Positions 1-10,263 of a DNA stretch of 64,000 nucleotides are shown here, one piece after another (the stretch's first letter is position 1; each line of letters opens with the position of its first letter). Under the pieces are notes generated by a model, which saw only the letters and a list, made by a program, of their open reading frames with translations, had not been told where the DNA came from and did no database searches. The stretch is taken from positions 800,001-864,000 of the forward strand of contig CBDCTK010000002.1 of NCBI GenBank assembly GCA_965222225.1. Direction: 5' to 3'. The DNA is from Candidatus Poribacteria bacterium. GTDB lineage: Bacteria > Poribacteria > WGA-4E > JAJDTR01. A program made the position numbers and the translations under genes.

Positions 1-45
1 GAGCTGGTATGTTGATAATCCACCTGGTCCGAACTCGAGGGGATT

Positions 46-537
46 ATGACACTTCGAAACAGAGTAACGATTAATTTGGCATGTGGCTTCCTTATGTGTT
101 TCTTTTTGATACCGACGAACGTCGTCGCCCAGTACCGCGGATCTTCGGAAGGCGCGCGACCCGTCCAACGCGGAAAGCATGAAGAACCTTACCAAGAAAG
201 TGCGCTACGCCGATTTGAGATTGTTACCTTAATCTCGCTACCGTTTACCGCAATTCACAGTTTTCTTGTGGTTCGCGGCGTTGAGATGGTCCGACAGAAT
301 GGAATTGCACCAGAACTTTCAAGCACGCATTTTGGGGTTGTAGGTGCCTCCGCAGTTTCCTTCGCACTCTTCATTGGCTTTTGGGATTGGTTGCATACTC
401 ATGATAAAGACTCTTCAGAGCAGTTGATTCCGTCTGTTCCCTCGCTTCAACAGCTGCAAAGAAAGGTTGGAAGTGTTGGCCGGAATGTTGAGGAGCCATC
501 AAGTTTTATGCTTCCCGTCGTTCAGATTCGGTTTTGA
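46..537 (+). CDS. Hypothetical exported/membrane protein
   Basis: 163-aa ORF with signal-peptide-like N-terminus (…NVVA|Q) and two hydrophobic segments; co-directional with def/fmt. Confidence 0.6.
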   Translation: MTLRNRVTINLACGFLMCFFLIPTNVVAQYRGSSEGARPVQRGKHEEPYQESALRRFEIVTLISLPFTAIHSFLVVRGVEMVRQNGIAPELSSTHFGVVGASAVSFALFIGFWDWLHTHDKDSSEQLIPSVPSLQQLQRKVGSVGRNVEEPSSFMLPVVQIRF

Positions 538-655
538 TTAGGTGTAAGGAGAGCCCATTTGCTTAGACGTTCTGTAACGATTTCACTGAATATTTTCTTG
601 GGGAAGTTCCGTTCGAATGATGTTAACTTTCCGATTGTAGATTTACGGTTGATAC

Positions 656-1159
656 ATGGCAGTATTAGAAATTCACACCGGTGACATCCCCATTCTTCGA
701 CAAAAAGCCAAGCCGGTTAAACATATTGGCAACAATGTACTACAACTTATCAAGGATATGTTTGAAACTATGGCAGCCGCCAGCGGGATTGGTCTCGCCG
801 CGCCGCAGATTGGGGTGTCTAAGCAGATAATTGTTGTGGACATTTCTCAGTGCATTCCGGACTGCCCGCCAGTTGCGTTGATAAATCCTTTGATAACGGA
901 GGCGAGTGGGGAGGAACTAGCCGAGGAAAGGTGTTTGAGTTTGCCCGGACATCGAGGCATGGTTCGACGCGCCAGTTCGGTGACCATCCAGGCTCTGCTC
1001 CCCAATGGGGAAGAGATGGAATTGAACGGAAGTCACCTGATGGCAAGAGTTCTGCAACACGAAATTGGCCATCTTAATGGAATACTCTTTATTGATTTGC
1101 TGAGGTCGGAAGACCAGAGACTGCTTGAGGAAGAGGAGGCTAAGGAAGTGGGCGGATGA
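656..1159 (+). CDS. def: Peptide deformylase (motifs 2 and 3 deviate from consensus)
   Basis: GIGLAAPQIG, E(R)CLS, QHEI(G)HLNGILFID motifs; directly upstream of fmt. Confidence 0.92.
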   Translation: MAVLEIHTGDIPILRQKAKPVKHIGNNVLQLIKDMFETMAAASGIGLAAPQIGVSKQIIVVDISQCIPDCPPVALINPLITEASGEELAEERCLSLPGHRGMVRRASSVTIQALLPNGEEMELNGSHLMARVLQHEIGHLNGILFIDLLRSEDQRLLEEEEAKEVGG

Positions 1160-1205
1160 GTTCATCAATTGACAAGGTCTTCATCTGCTTGGCAAGTATC
1201 GTGTA

Positions 1206-2165
1206 ATGCGAATCGTTTTCATGGGCACGAGCGGGTTTTCCGTTCCGAGTCTTCAAGCGCTGATAATGCGGAATTTTGATATCATAAGTGTTGTAACGCA
1301 GCCTGACCGACCGTCCGGGAGGGGCAAAAAATTGATGCCGCCGCCTGTCAAGGTTACAGCTGCACGCCACAATCTGCGGGTCTACCAACCTGAAAGGGTA
1401 AGGAAGCCCGATTTCATTCGTACACTCAAAGAACTCCAACCGGACGCAATTGTGGTGGTCGCCTTCGGACAGATAATTCCCAAAGCTTTGTTAGATTTGC
1501 CTCCTTTCGGCTGTATAAATGTCCATCCCTCTTTGTTGCCCAAGTATCGCGGTGCGGCTCCAATTCAGTGGGCTTTAATAAATGGCGAAGAGGAAACAGG
1601 TATAACAATCATGCTTCTTGATGAGACCGAGGACACAGGTGACATCATCCTTCAGCGGCGTGTCAGGGTTGACCCGCAGGAGAGTGCCGCTACGCTCGCT
1701 AACCGATTAGCATGTACTGCGGCAACGGCGTTGGTTGAGGTGCTGGAAGCAAGCCCTAGTAACGCACCGCCGCCGCACACTCCACAGAATCACGACCAAG
1801 CAACACATGCCCCCAAACTAACCAAAGAAAGCGGACAAATTAACTGGGAAGTATCAGCGGTTGAGGTTTGCAATCTGGTACGCGGCACAGTGATTTGGCC
1901 CGGAGCATATACATTTTTGAATGGCGAAGTTCGCCTGAAGATTCTTGAATGTCAGGTAATGGTTGATGACCTAAAAAGAGATGTGTTGCCGGGGGACATT
2001 ACCGTTACACCGCAGCGCGATTTGACTGTCGGGACGAGCGCGGGGATTGTGCGTATAACGAGGGTGCAGCCCGCCAATAAGCAAATTATGGACGCCAACG
2101 AATTTATCAATGGGTACAGAGTAAAAACAGGTGCACGCTTAATGCGCCAATTTGAGGACAATTAG
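1206..2165 (+). CDS. fmt: Methionyl-tRNA formyltransferase
   Basis: MRIVFMGT, VVTQPDRPSGRG, INVHPSLLPKYRGAAPIQ motifs. Confidence 0.97.
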   Translation: MRIVFMGTSGFSVPSLQALIMRNFDIISVVTQPDRPSGRGKKLMPPPVKVTAARHNLRVYQPERVRKPDFIRTLKELQPDAIVVVAFGQIIPKALLDLPPFGCINVHPSLLPKYRGAAPIQWALINGEEETGITIMLLDETEDTGDIILQRRVRVDPQESAATLANRLACTAATALVEVLEASPSNAPPPHTPQNHDQATHAPKLTKESGQINWEVSAVEVCNLVRGTVIWPGAYTFLNGEVRLKILECQVMVDDLKRDVLPGDITVTPQRDLTVGTSAGIVRITRVQPANKQIMDANEFINGYRVKTGARLMRQFEDN

Positions 2166-2186
2166 CGCAGCCCTGACAAACCAATC

Positions 2187-3155
2187 ATGAATTCTACTTT
2201 AGCTGCCATAATCAAATTTGCTGTTCTGAATTTAGCCATAATCTCGATTGTTGGACTGGTGGTGGTATTCCTTGTTATTCCTTGGTCCGTGCGTTCAAAG
2301 GATGTTGAAGTTCCAGATTTGGTTGGTGAGAGCTACGATCAAGCAGTTGCGTTGCTCTATGACGCGGGTTTACTGGTAGCTGATGACGTTGAGGCAAAAG
2401 CTAGTTCTGACATTCCGAAAGGTTTCGTCCTCGAACAGTCTCCTCCCGCAGACTTCAAAGTCAAGCGAAAGAAGCCGGTACAAATCACGTTGAGTATCGG
2501 CGATCAGATGGTGGAAGTGCCAGACACGACGGGTAAAGCGCTGAAAGAGGTAGAAAAGATATTAAGAGAAGCCGGACTTCGCCGTGGCCGCGTTGCGGAG
2601 GTGCACTCGGATGAGTATGCAGTGGCAGGCGCAGTAATTGCTCAAACACCCTTAAGCGGAACCATGCATCAACAGGGTGCAGCGGTTCACTTGTTGTTGA
2701 GCCTTGGCAAACGATCCAGATTGTTACTGATGCCGGATTTGCGTGGAGAACCGATTGATGAGGTACGGTCTTTGCTCAAATCTAGCGGATTGGAGATTGG
2801 AGATGAGAGCTATGAATCGACGCCTGAAATACCGCAAGGTTCGATCATTAGCCATTCTCCGGTCGCTGGGGAACTGGTGCACATTGGTCAAGTCGTGTCG
2901 CTTGAAATCAGCGGTTCGGCAAAGACCCAATCCGATAGAGGCCGTCTCATCTCGCTTAGGTATCGTGTCTCAAAGGAGGGTGGGCTTCCCAGACGTGTGC
3001 GCCTTGTCGTCGAAGACGAACGCAACACTCTTATCGTTGTTGATAGTCATTATGAACCAGGAGCGTTAATTGAGCGGCCACCCCTCCGCGTTTTTGGCGA
3101 GGCGACGATGACTGTCTACGAGGACGGTGTAGAGGTTCAGAAGAAGGAGTTATAG
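2187..3155 (+). CDS. Membrane-anchored PASTA-domain protein (three PASTA repeats, no kinase domain)
   Basis: N-terminal TM helix followed by VEVPDLVG…, VEVPDTTG…, LMPDLRG… repeats with QSP/QTP/HSP elements. Confidence 0.88.
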   Translation: MNSTLAAIIKFAVLNLAIISIVGLVVVFLVIPWSVRSKDVEVPDLVGESYDQAVALLYDAGLLVADDVEAKASSDIPKGFVLEQSPPADFKVKRKKPVQITLSIGDQMVEVPDTTGKALKEVEKILREAGLRRGRVAEVHSDEYAVAGAVIAQTPLSGTMHQQGAAVHLLLSLGKRSRLLLMPDLRGEPIDEVRSLLKSSGLEIGDESYESTPEIPQGSIISHSPVAGELVHIGQVVSLEISGSAKTQSDRGRLISLRYRVSKEGGLPRRVRLVVEDERNTLIVVDSHYEPGALIERPPLRVFGEATMTVYEDGVEVQKKEL

Positions 3156-3817
3156 TGTTGGGGCGGGAGATAAAAATTGCACCATCCGTTCTCGCATCCG
3201 ATTTTGGTCGACTTGGCGAAGAGGTCTGTCGCGTCGTGGAAGCTGGGGCAGATCTCATCCACTTCGATGTGATGGATGGGCATTTCGTACCCAACCTAAC
3301 CATGGGGCCTCAGTTGATAAAATCAATCAAGCAGTATACGGATTGCCCTTTCGATGTGCATCTTATGATTACCCATCCGCAGAATTATATTGACGATTTT
3401 GCGGATGCGGGCGCGGATTTCATCACTTTCCACATTGAAATTGAGGACTCGATCGAAGAGGTAATTAATTTGATTAAGGCGCGAGGGGTCAAAGCCGGGG
3501 TTGCCCTCCGACCCAAGACGCCAATTTCGGTTCTATTTCCCTATATTGCGGATTTGGACCTTGTATTGCCGATGAGTGTGGAACCCGGGTTTGGCGGGCA
3601 GAAATTCATCATGGGCACCCTTGATAAAATTGACGGTTTGCGAAAGAAGATTTCGGAGCTGGGTTGTGAGGCGTTGATTGAGGTGGACGGAGGCATAAAT
3701 GTAGAAATAGCACCACTAGTGGTAGATCATGGCGCAACGGTTTTGGTTGCAGGCACTGCGATTTTCAATAGTGAGAATCCGAGAGTGACGATTCGGGCGT
3801 TGCGAGACGGAGCGTGA
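3155..3817 (+). CDS. rpe: Ribulose-phosphate 3-epimerase
   Basis: IAPSVLASDF, HFDVMDGHFVPN, MSVEPGFGGQ, EVDGG motifs. Confidence 0.97.
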   Translation: MLGREIKIAPSVLASDFGRLGEEVCRVVEAGADLIHFDVMDGHFVPNLTMGPQLIKSIKQYTDCPFDVHLMITHPQNYIDDFADAGADFITFHIEIEDSIEEVINLIKARGVKAGVALRPKTPISVLFPYIADLDLVLPMSVEPGFGGQKFIMGTLDKIDGLRKKISELGCEALIEVDGGINVEIAPLVVDHGATVLVAGTAIFNSENPRVTIRALRDGA

Positions 3818-3953
3818 CGATATCTAAGATGCTCGGGATTAAGCGTACTAAATTGCGTGTAGACATGGATTTCGATGTTCGTATGGCGGGAGATTGCCGG
3901 CTAGGGTAAGCGCGCTCTCTTCCATAACATTATGGCGAAATAGCGGAGACAAG

Positions 3954-5138
3954 ATGACACAATTATTTGATGAGTTGAAGGCGTCGCCGCGCGTGCTTCT
4001 TGGGCCTGGTCCGAGCGACGCGAGTCCGCGAGTATTGAAAGCAATGACCACGCCCATGATGGGCTACCTTGATGGCGAATTCATCAAGATAATGGATGAG
4101 ACCGTGAATCTCCTGCGCCATGTATTTGGCACGGAAAATAGGCTTACACTGCCAGTTTCCGGGACCGGCACTGCCGGGATGGAAGCTGCGCTCTGCAACG
4201 TCATTGAGCCGGGCGATTCAGTCATAGTAGGTATTAACGGTTATTTTGGTGGACGGATTGCGGACATTGTTGAACGTTGCGGTGGTGTAGTGACCACTGT
4301 CGAAGCGGATTGGGGTTCAGCTATCCGGGTGGAAGACGTAGCCAACGTGATAAAACGTGCCAATCCGAAGCTGGTTGCCATAATCCACGCAGAAACTTCG
4401 ACGGGGGTTCTTCAACCGCTTGATGACATCGGTCAAGTTGTGCGTGAGAGCGGCGCATTGTTCCTCACGGACTGTGTTACCTCCTTAGGTGGACAACCAG
4501 TGGAGTTAGATCGACGCGGGATTGATATCGCCTACAGTGGTACTCAGAAATGTCTCGGCGGTCCGCCAGGACTTGCCCCTATTAGCTTTAGCGATAGAGC
4601 TGTGGAAGTAATTCGCAATCGGGCGAGGAAGGTGCAGAGTTTCTATCTTGATATGACGCTACTGGAAGCTTATTGGAGCGGCGAAGTAAGGGCCTATCAC
4701 CATACGGTTTCCATGTCTATGGTCTATGCATTACATGAGTCACTGCGCGTAGTGCTAGAGGAAGGTCTGAAAGCGAGATATAGACGGCACGAACTTAACG
4801 CGAGAGCACTTGTCGCCGGGGCAGTTGCAATAGGCCTCAAACCCGTTGTACAAGAGGGATTCCGTGCTCCCATGTTAACCACCATCAATATACCGCACGG
4901 CATTGATGATTTGGGAATCCGAAATCGCTTAATTGAAGATTTCGGCATCGAAATCGGTGGCGGTTTAGGCATATTCAAAGGCAAAGCATGGAGAATTGGC
5001 TTGATGGGCGAGTCTTCAACGCAACGCAACGTCCTACTGGTCTTGAGCGCCTTGGAGAAACTCCTTGCCGAGGCAGGTCATAACCTCGAATCTGGCGCTG
5101 GGGTGCGTGCGGCATCAGAGGTTTATGCCCAAGCATAG
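3954..5138 (+). CDS. Alanine-glyoxylate/serine-pyruvate aminotransferase (class V PLP)
   Basis: LLGPGPS, GTGTAGMEAA, HAETSTG, SGTQKCL (PLP Lys), WRIGLMG; ATG at 3954 follows GGAG. Confidence 0.92.
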   Translation: MTQLFDELKASPRVLLGPGPSDASPRVLKAMTTPMMGYLDGEFIKIMDETVNLLRHVFGTENRLTLPVSGTGTAGMEAALCNVIEPGDSVIVGINGYFGGRIADIVERCGGVVTTVEADWGSAIRVEDVANVIKRANPKLVAIIHAETSTGVLQPLDDIGQVVRESGALFLTDCVTSLGGQPVELDRRGIDIAYSGTQKCLGGPPGLAPISFSDRAVEVIRNRARKVQSFYLDMTLLEAYWSGEVRAYHHTVSMSMVYALHESLRVVLEEGLKARYRRHELNARALVAGAVAIGLKPVVQEGFRAPMLTTINIPHGIDDLGIRNRLIEDFGIEIGGGLGIFKGKAWRIGLMGESSTQRNVLLVLSALEKLLAEAGHNLESGAGVRAASEVYAQA

Positions 5139-5457
5139 GGACGAAAACGTCAGATGACATGGACCAAGGATTGTGTTTGGGAATGCCGGCCGACGTAGGA
5201 AAATTCATGGGTGATTGCCATCGTTCGGGCGGTTGTAGGGTCTTTATGTTTTAAGTTTCTGATGATGATTACAGTTAATGAACGGTATCAAAGTAAGAAT
5301 CAGTTTTATTCCTTATTGAGATCTGCCCACACCTCTCACCTTCATCCCAATTCGGTTGAAGCGTGTCTCCTAAACCTCACTTTTTCTGCTACGTCTAAAC
5401 GGTGAAATCCCACGATGAACGCATATTTGTCACTCCAAATTCGTCAATTTTGAGGAA

Positions 5458-7221
5458 ATGCGGAAATTGGAAACCACTCCTGATATAACGTTAATAGAGA
5501 TGATGCTTGATGGTCAACTCATTTCTGAAATTGACCATCAACGGATTCTAGAGGATATCCATTCGGCTGGCCTTTCCGTCGCCGAAGCGCTCTTAAACCA
5601 TGTTGCGCCGGATATAGTTGCGTTCGCCAAGAAAGGAATGGAATGCGGTGTGTCATGTGTTCGTCTGGAGAACATCGAACCAGAGCTTGAAACGACACGG
5701 AAGATGCCTGCCGGATTTGCCTATAAAAACAAGATTGTTCCGATTCATTTAGATGGCAAGACACTTACCGTGGCGATGGCAGACGTGCTGGACGTCATGC
5801 TGATTGACGAGATTCGCCTCGTGACCGAGTGTGAGATTAAGCCGGTGCTTGCGGCTGAGGTGGATGTGGAAGCTGCCATTATCCGCATATATGGGAAAAC
5901 GGCGGGAACAATACTTAGCGAAGGCATCAGAGGTCCTGTCGGCGCGGTTTCAACTCTTCAGCGTGAAACGATTGATGATTTTGGTATTGATGAGAAGGAT
6001 CTCAGCCAAGATCCAACCGTAGTACATGCAGTTGATCAGATGATTATTGATGCTGTGCGATTGAACGCCAGCGATATCCACATTGAGCCGTTTCCCGGTG
6101 TGCTCAAGATTCGTTTTCGAATTGACGGTGTACTGGAAGACCAGCCACAACCTCCTTCACACCTGCAATCGGCGATTACCTCGCGTGTCAAGATTATGGC
6201 TGGAATGAACGTTGCTGAACGGCGCCGGCCGCAAGATGGAAAAATTGGAGTTACCGTTGGAAGTGTGGGAAACCGGCAGATAGATTTGCGTGTCTCAACA
6301 GTGCCAACGGTTGCCACATCGCAGGGCGAAAGCCTTGTCTTACGGATATTAGACAGACAGTCAATCTCTTTCGGATTGGAAGAACTTGGGTTAATGGAGG
6401 ACAATCTGTTATGTTTTGAACGGCTAATTCGAAAACCACATGGCATCATTCTAGCGACGGGGCCAACCGGTAGTGGCAAAACGACAACGCTGTACGCCTG
6501 CTTGAAGAAAATAAATACCCCGGAAGTGAAGATTATAACCATTGAAGAACCGGTTGAATATGAACTTGAAGGAATCAATCAGATTCAGGTCAATCCGGAT
6601 ATTGACGTCACGTTTGCGGCGGGATTGAGACATATCCTACGGCAAGATCCGGACAAGGTCTTAGTTGGCGAGATTCGCGACTATGAAACCGCCGAGATGG
6701 CAATTCACACTTCATTGACTGGCCATTTGGTTTTTAGCACACTGCACACGAATGACGCGCCAGGGGCTATAACTCGACTTATCGACATGCAGGTTGAACC
6801 CTATTTGCTTGCTTCGACCATAGAAGGAGTAATAGCCCAGCGCCTCGCTCGAAAAGTCTGCCAGAACTGTTGTGAAATGTATCATCCCGCGGAACTGCAA
6901 TTACAGGAGTTTTTCGGGCACCACTCTCAGGAGATTGAACCAAGTCTTTTAATTCCACGAGCCGTAGGTTGTAAGGAGTGCAGAGACAGAGGTTATAGGG
7001 GGCGCATTGGCATTTTTGAAGTTCTCGTCATGAGTGAGGAAATTCGAGCGATGACGTTACAACACACATCAACGAACCAACTTCGGCACGCTGCGATTAA
7101 GAGTGGAATGAAAACCCTTCGTGAAGACGGCTGGAAAAAAGTTGTTGCCGGTCAAACGACCATGGAAGAGATTATTCGGCTTACGCAAGAGGACGAATTT
7201 GGCATTGGAGAAGTTGCATAG
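5458..7221 (+). CDS. gspE: T2SS/T4P assembly ATPase GspE/PilB family
   Basis: ASDIHIEP, Walker A GPTGSGKTT, ILRQDPD-GEIRD, TGHLVFSTLHTND, tetracysteine CxxC…CxxC. Confidence 0.95.
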   Translation: MRKLETTPDITLIEMMLDGQLISEIDHQRILEDIHSAGLSVAEALLNHVAPDIVAFAKKGMECGVSCVRLENIEPELETTRKMPAGFAYKNKIVPIHLDGKTLTVAMADVLDVMLIDEIRLVTECEIKPVLAAEVDVEAAIIRIYGKTAGTILSEGIRGPVGAVSTLQRETIDDFGIDEKDLSQDPTVVHAVDQMIIDAVRLNASDIHIEPFPGVLKIRFRIDGVLEDQPQPPSHLQSAITSRVKIMAGMNVAERRRPQDGKIGVTVGSVGNRQIDLRVSTVPTVATSQGESLVLRILDRQSISFGLEELGLMEDNLLCFERLIRKPHGIILATGPTGSGKTTTLYACLKKINTPEVKIITIEEPVEYELEGINQIQVNPDIDVTFAAGLRHILRQDPDKVLVGEIRDYETAEMAIHTSLTGHLVFSTLHTNDAPGAITRLIDMQVEPYLLASTIEGVIAQRLARKVCQNCCEMYHPAELQLQEFFGHHSQEIEPSLLIPRAVGCKECRDRGYRGRIGIFEVLVMSEEIRAMTLQHTSTNQLRHAAIKSGMKTLREDGWKKVVAGQTTMEEIIRLTQEDEFGIGEVA

Positions 7222-7374
7222 TCTTCATGGATTCCTGCTTTCAGTATTCCTTATTTGGTAGTAACCGCTTGTGGACGTAAATCTAGCAACGGATATACAC
7301 ACGAAGGAATCATAAGACTGTCGACTTCTTCAATCGTAACGCTAAGTGTAGAGAACTAGGGACAATATCTACCG

Positions 7375-8598
7375 ATGCCCAGATTTCGCTACGAAGCTCT
7401 TACAAACACTGGTGGAACAGTTAAGAGCGTACAAGACGCAAGTTCCAGAGCGGAACTTGTCTATCAGCTGAAAGCCATGGGCTATTGGCCTCTGGACATC
7501 GTTGAGGATAACGCAGGCGAGACGGGTGACAAACGGATTCAGGTTCCCTGGTTTTCCGCTCGTGTGAAGTCAAAGGATGTGGAATTTTTCACCTATCAGA
7601 TGGCAACACTGATAAATGCCCACATCACTCTGCCACGCGCATTGGCAGTTACGCTCGAACAGATTGATCATCCAGGGTTTCGGCAGATTGTTGAGCGGAT
7701 TAAATACGATATCGAACACGGTTCTACGTTTCATGACGCCCTAAGTCAACACCCAAAGGTTTTTCCGGAGTTGTATGTCAACATGGTTAGGGCAGGAGAA
7801 TCGGGTGCGGTGCTCGGGGTGGTGCTAGAACGGCTCGCAAAATTCTCCGAGCGGCAGCGTTTGCTTAAGGCCGAGGTAATTTCGGCACTTTTTTATCCGG
7901 TAATTCTTTTCACTCTAAGTCTAGGTGTGATAGTTTTCTTGGTGTTGGTTGTTATCCCGAGGTTTGCCGATATGTTCGCCGATTTGGGGATCGATCTACC
8001 TTTGCCAACACGATTGCTGATAGGCACTGTTGGTTTTGTCAAGAGCTATTGGTGGGGGCTAATGATTGGGGGAGCTGCAACTATCTTGGGGATTGTGCAA
8101 TATTCTCGCACTGAAGGCGGAAAACTGGTTTTCGATATCTTGAAACTGAAGCTTCCGCTATTGAGAGCCGTTTGCAGCAACTATGCGCTCGTGCGCTTCA
8201 CACGAACAATGTCAACACTACTAGAGAACGGCGTTTTGCTTCTTCCCGCGCTTCGGGTTGTCAAGGGCACAATTGGAAATTTGGTCTATAGCAATGCGGT
8301 TGCCCAAGCAGAAAAGGGGCTTGAGCAAGGATCGACTTTGTCGAGAGAACTGCAGGAAAGCGCTGTTTTCCCCCCGCTAGTTGTTCATATGGTTGGAATT
8401 GGAGATGAGTCGGGTAATCCGGAGCAAATGTTAGCTAAACTTGCCGATTACTATGACTTGGAGGTACAACAAACCTTACAGCGGTTGACGAGTGCCATCG
8501 GACCGCTTGTAATTTTGATTATGGGAGTAATTGTCGGACTAATCGCGGTGGCAATAATACTTCCGGTGTTTAGGGCAAGTACATCGTTAGCCGGGTGA
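7375..8598 (+). CDS. gspF: T2SS inner-membrane platform protein GspF/PilC
   Basis: MPRFRYEA start, YVNMVRAGESG, three TM segments, VGIGDESG; follows gspE. Confidence 0.95.
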   Translation: MPRFRYEALTNTGGTVKSVQDASSRAELVYQLKAMGYWPLDIVEDNAGETGDKRIQVPWFSARVKSKDVEFFTYQMATLINAHITLPRALAVTLEQIDHPGFRQIVERIKYDIEHGSTFHDALSQHPKVFPELYVNMVRAGESGAVLGVVLERLAKFSERQRLLKAEVISALFYPVILFTLSLGVIVFLVLVVIPRFADMFADLGIDLPLPTRLLIGTVGFVKSYWWGLMIGGAATILGIVQYSRTEGGKLVFDILKLKLPLLRAVCSNYALVRFTRTMSTLLENGVLLLPALRVVKGTIGNLVYSNAVAQAEKGLEQGSTLSRELQESAVFPPLVVHMVGIGDESGNPEQMLAKLADYYDLEVQQTLQRLTSAIGPLVILIMGVIVGLIAVAIILPVFRASTSLAG

Positions 8599-8632
8599 AA
8601 ATGGTCGAAAAAGGTTCAATAAGGAGAGACAT

Positions 8633-9082
8633 ATGCTAATGCCAATAAAAACGGGTGAATCGGGGATGACGCTCATTGAACTTACGATTGTGATGGTGAT
8701 AATAGGGCTCTTGGCGGCGCTTGTTATTCCACAGTTTCGCGGCGTGGTTGATGACGCAAAACTGAAATCTGCCCAGAGCGAGATCCAAGTGTTTGAAAGT
8801 GCACTACAACGGTATTCAATTGATGTAGGGGATTATCCGGCCACAGAACAGAGTTTGATTGCGCTTTGGAACGCCGATAGTCTCACGTCAGGAAATTGGA
8901 GGGGACCATACGTATCAAAACCCAAGTTCAAAGATCCCTGGGGCAAAGATTACGTCTACCGGTATCCCAGTAATCATGAGGGATACGATTACGACCTATA
9001 CTCTTTGGGAAAGGATGGCAAAGAGGGCGGCGACCCACCTTTCAATGCTGATGTTACAAATTGGATTGAGTTAGCCGAATAA
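8633..9082 (+). CDS. gspG: Major pseudopilin GspG
   Basis: Prepilin site G|MTLIE, hydrophobic helix, NWRGPY, DPWGKDYVY, DLYSLGKDGKEGG C-terminus. Confidence 0.95.
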   Translation: MLMPIKTGESGMTLIELTIVMVIIGLLAALVIPQFRGVVDDAKLKSAQSEIQVFESALQRYSIDVGDYPATEQSLIALWNADSLTSGNWRGPYVSKPKFKDPWGKDYVYRYPSNHEGYDYDLYSLGKDGKEGGDPPFNADVTNWIELAE

Positions 9083-9118
9083 GCTGCAGATTTCTGTCGA
9101 TTTTCCCTATATGCACTC

Positions 9119-9787
9119 ATGAACCGGATTAGACGCCTCAAACATTTTACCTCGGAGACAGGCTTCACTCTCATAGAAGTGATGTTGGTGCTCACGTTAA
9201 TTGTGATTCTATCCACAATTACAATGCCATCTCTTCGTGGGTTCGCGGGTTCAACGCGCTTAAAGTCATCGGCGTCAGCCATTCGAGATATGCTGCACTT
9301 TGCGCGGGACATGGCTATCACGGAAGGAACTACCTACCTTGTTGTCTTTGATCTCGATCAAAACCGCTATTGGTTGGCCTCAAGTGAAATATTTCTCGCG
9401 TCAGATCTTGACGCGTCTCTAACTACGACTTCATCAAACATTGTCAACCAAATCGACACTCGCTCATCTGATGCGAGCCAGCCATCCGTTTCGCGCACGA
9501 GTATGATTCTCGGTATTCCTCAGGAGCCAAATCACAACATCCGTTTGTCGCAATTGGTTATCAACCATAACTCCCAGACAAGCCACATTCAATCTGGCAT
9601 TGAATACATCTATTTTTCTCCAACCGGTTCCTCGGAAGACACAATTTTGTACATTCAGGACCAAGATGGAGAAGTTGTATCCATTAGTGTGGATGCTGCT
9701 AGCGCTCGCGTACGAATTCAGGATATTGATGCCGAGGAGAACGGGGAGTTAGGCATGCTACCCCCTAGCAATAACCGTATGAATTGA
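9119..9787 (+). CDS. gspH: Minor pseudopilin GspH/FimT-like
   Basis: G|FTLIE prepilin motif, ARDMAI, IYFSPTG; position after gspG. Confidence 0.85.
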   Translation: MNRIRRLKHFTSETGFTLIEVMLVLTLIVILSTITMPSLRGFAGSTRLKSSASAIRDMLHFARDMAITEGTTYLVVFDLDQNRYWLASSEIFLASDLDASLTTTSSNIVNQIDTRSSDASQPSVSRTSMILGIPQEPNHNIRLSQLVINHNSQTSHIQSGIEYIYFSPTGSSEDTILYIQDQDGEVVSISVDAASARVRIQDIDAEENGELGMLPPSNNRMN

Positions 9788-9791
9788 AGGT

Positions 9792-10244
9792 ATGCGTATG
9801 CAGTTGCGATCGCAGATTAGAGCTTCATCAAAACCTCACCAATCCACGGCGGACGATGACGGTTTCACGCTCGTAGAAATCTTGGTGACCTTGACCGTCT
9901 TGTCGATTGCCCTTCCAGTGTTGATGTATTCCTTTAGGAATGCCGCCCATGGGCAGGCACAATCGGAGAATCGGACTACGGCGGTATACCTGCTTAAGTT
10001 TCGTATGGCGGAAATTGAGCTAATTGGCTACCCGGATATTGGAGAAGAGGACGGTGAGTTTGGTGAAAATTCGCGCTTTCGTTGGCATTCGAGCGTTCAA
10101 GACGTGACATCGGATGAAATCGAGAATCTAAGGCGCGTCACCGTTACCATAATGTGGCAGGAACAGGGAAGGGAGAATTCGATTTCCATGAACACCTATG
10201 TGGCAGATCGGGAAAAGCAGGTGCAAGGACAGAGCGGAAGTTAA
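9792..10244 (+). CDS. gspI: Minor pseudopilin GspI-like
   Basis: G|FTLVE motif, FRW…LRRVTVTIMW pattern; operon order. Confidence 0.85.
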   Translation: MRMQLRSQIRASSKPHQSTADDDGFTLVEILVTLTVLSIALPVLMYSFRNAAHGQAQSENRTTAVYLLKFRMAEIELIGYPDIGEEDGEFGENSRFRWHSSVQDVTSDEIENLRRVTVTIMWQEQGRENSISMNTYVADREKQVQGQSGS

Positions 10245-10263
10245 CAGGGCTAGGGGCAAGAGA

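Noticed and set aside
5480-5600. MshEN c-di-GMP-binding motif at the GspE N-terminus
   Set aside because: Spacing resembles it, but the key RLG residues are absent (TLIEMMLDGQLI, SVAEALL).
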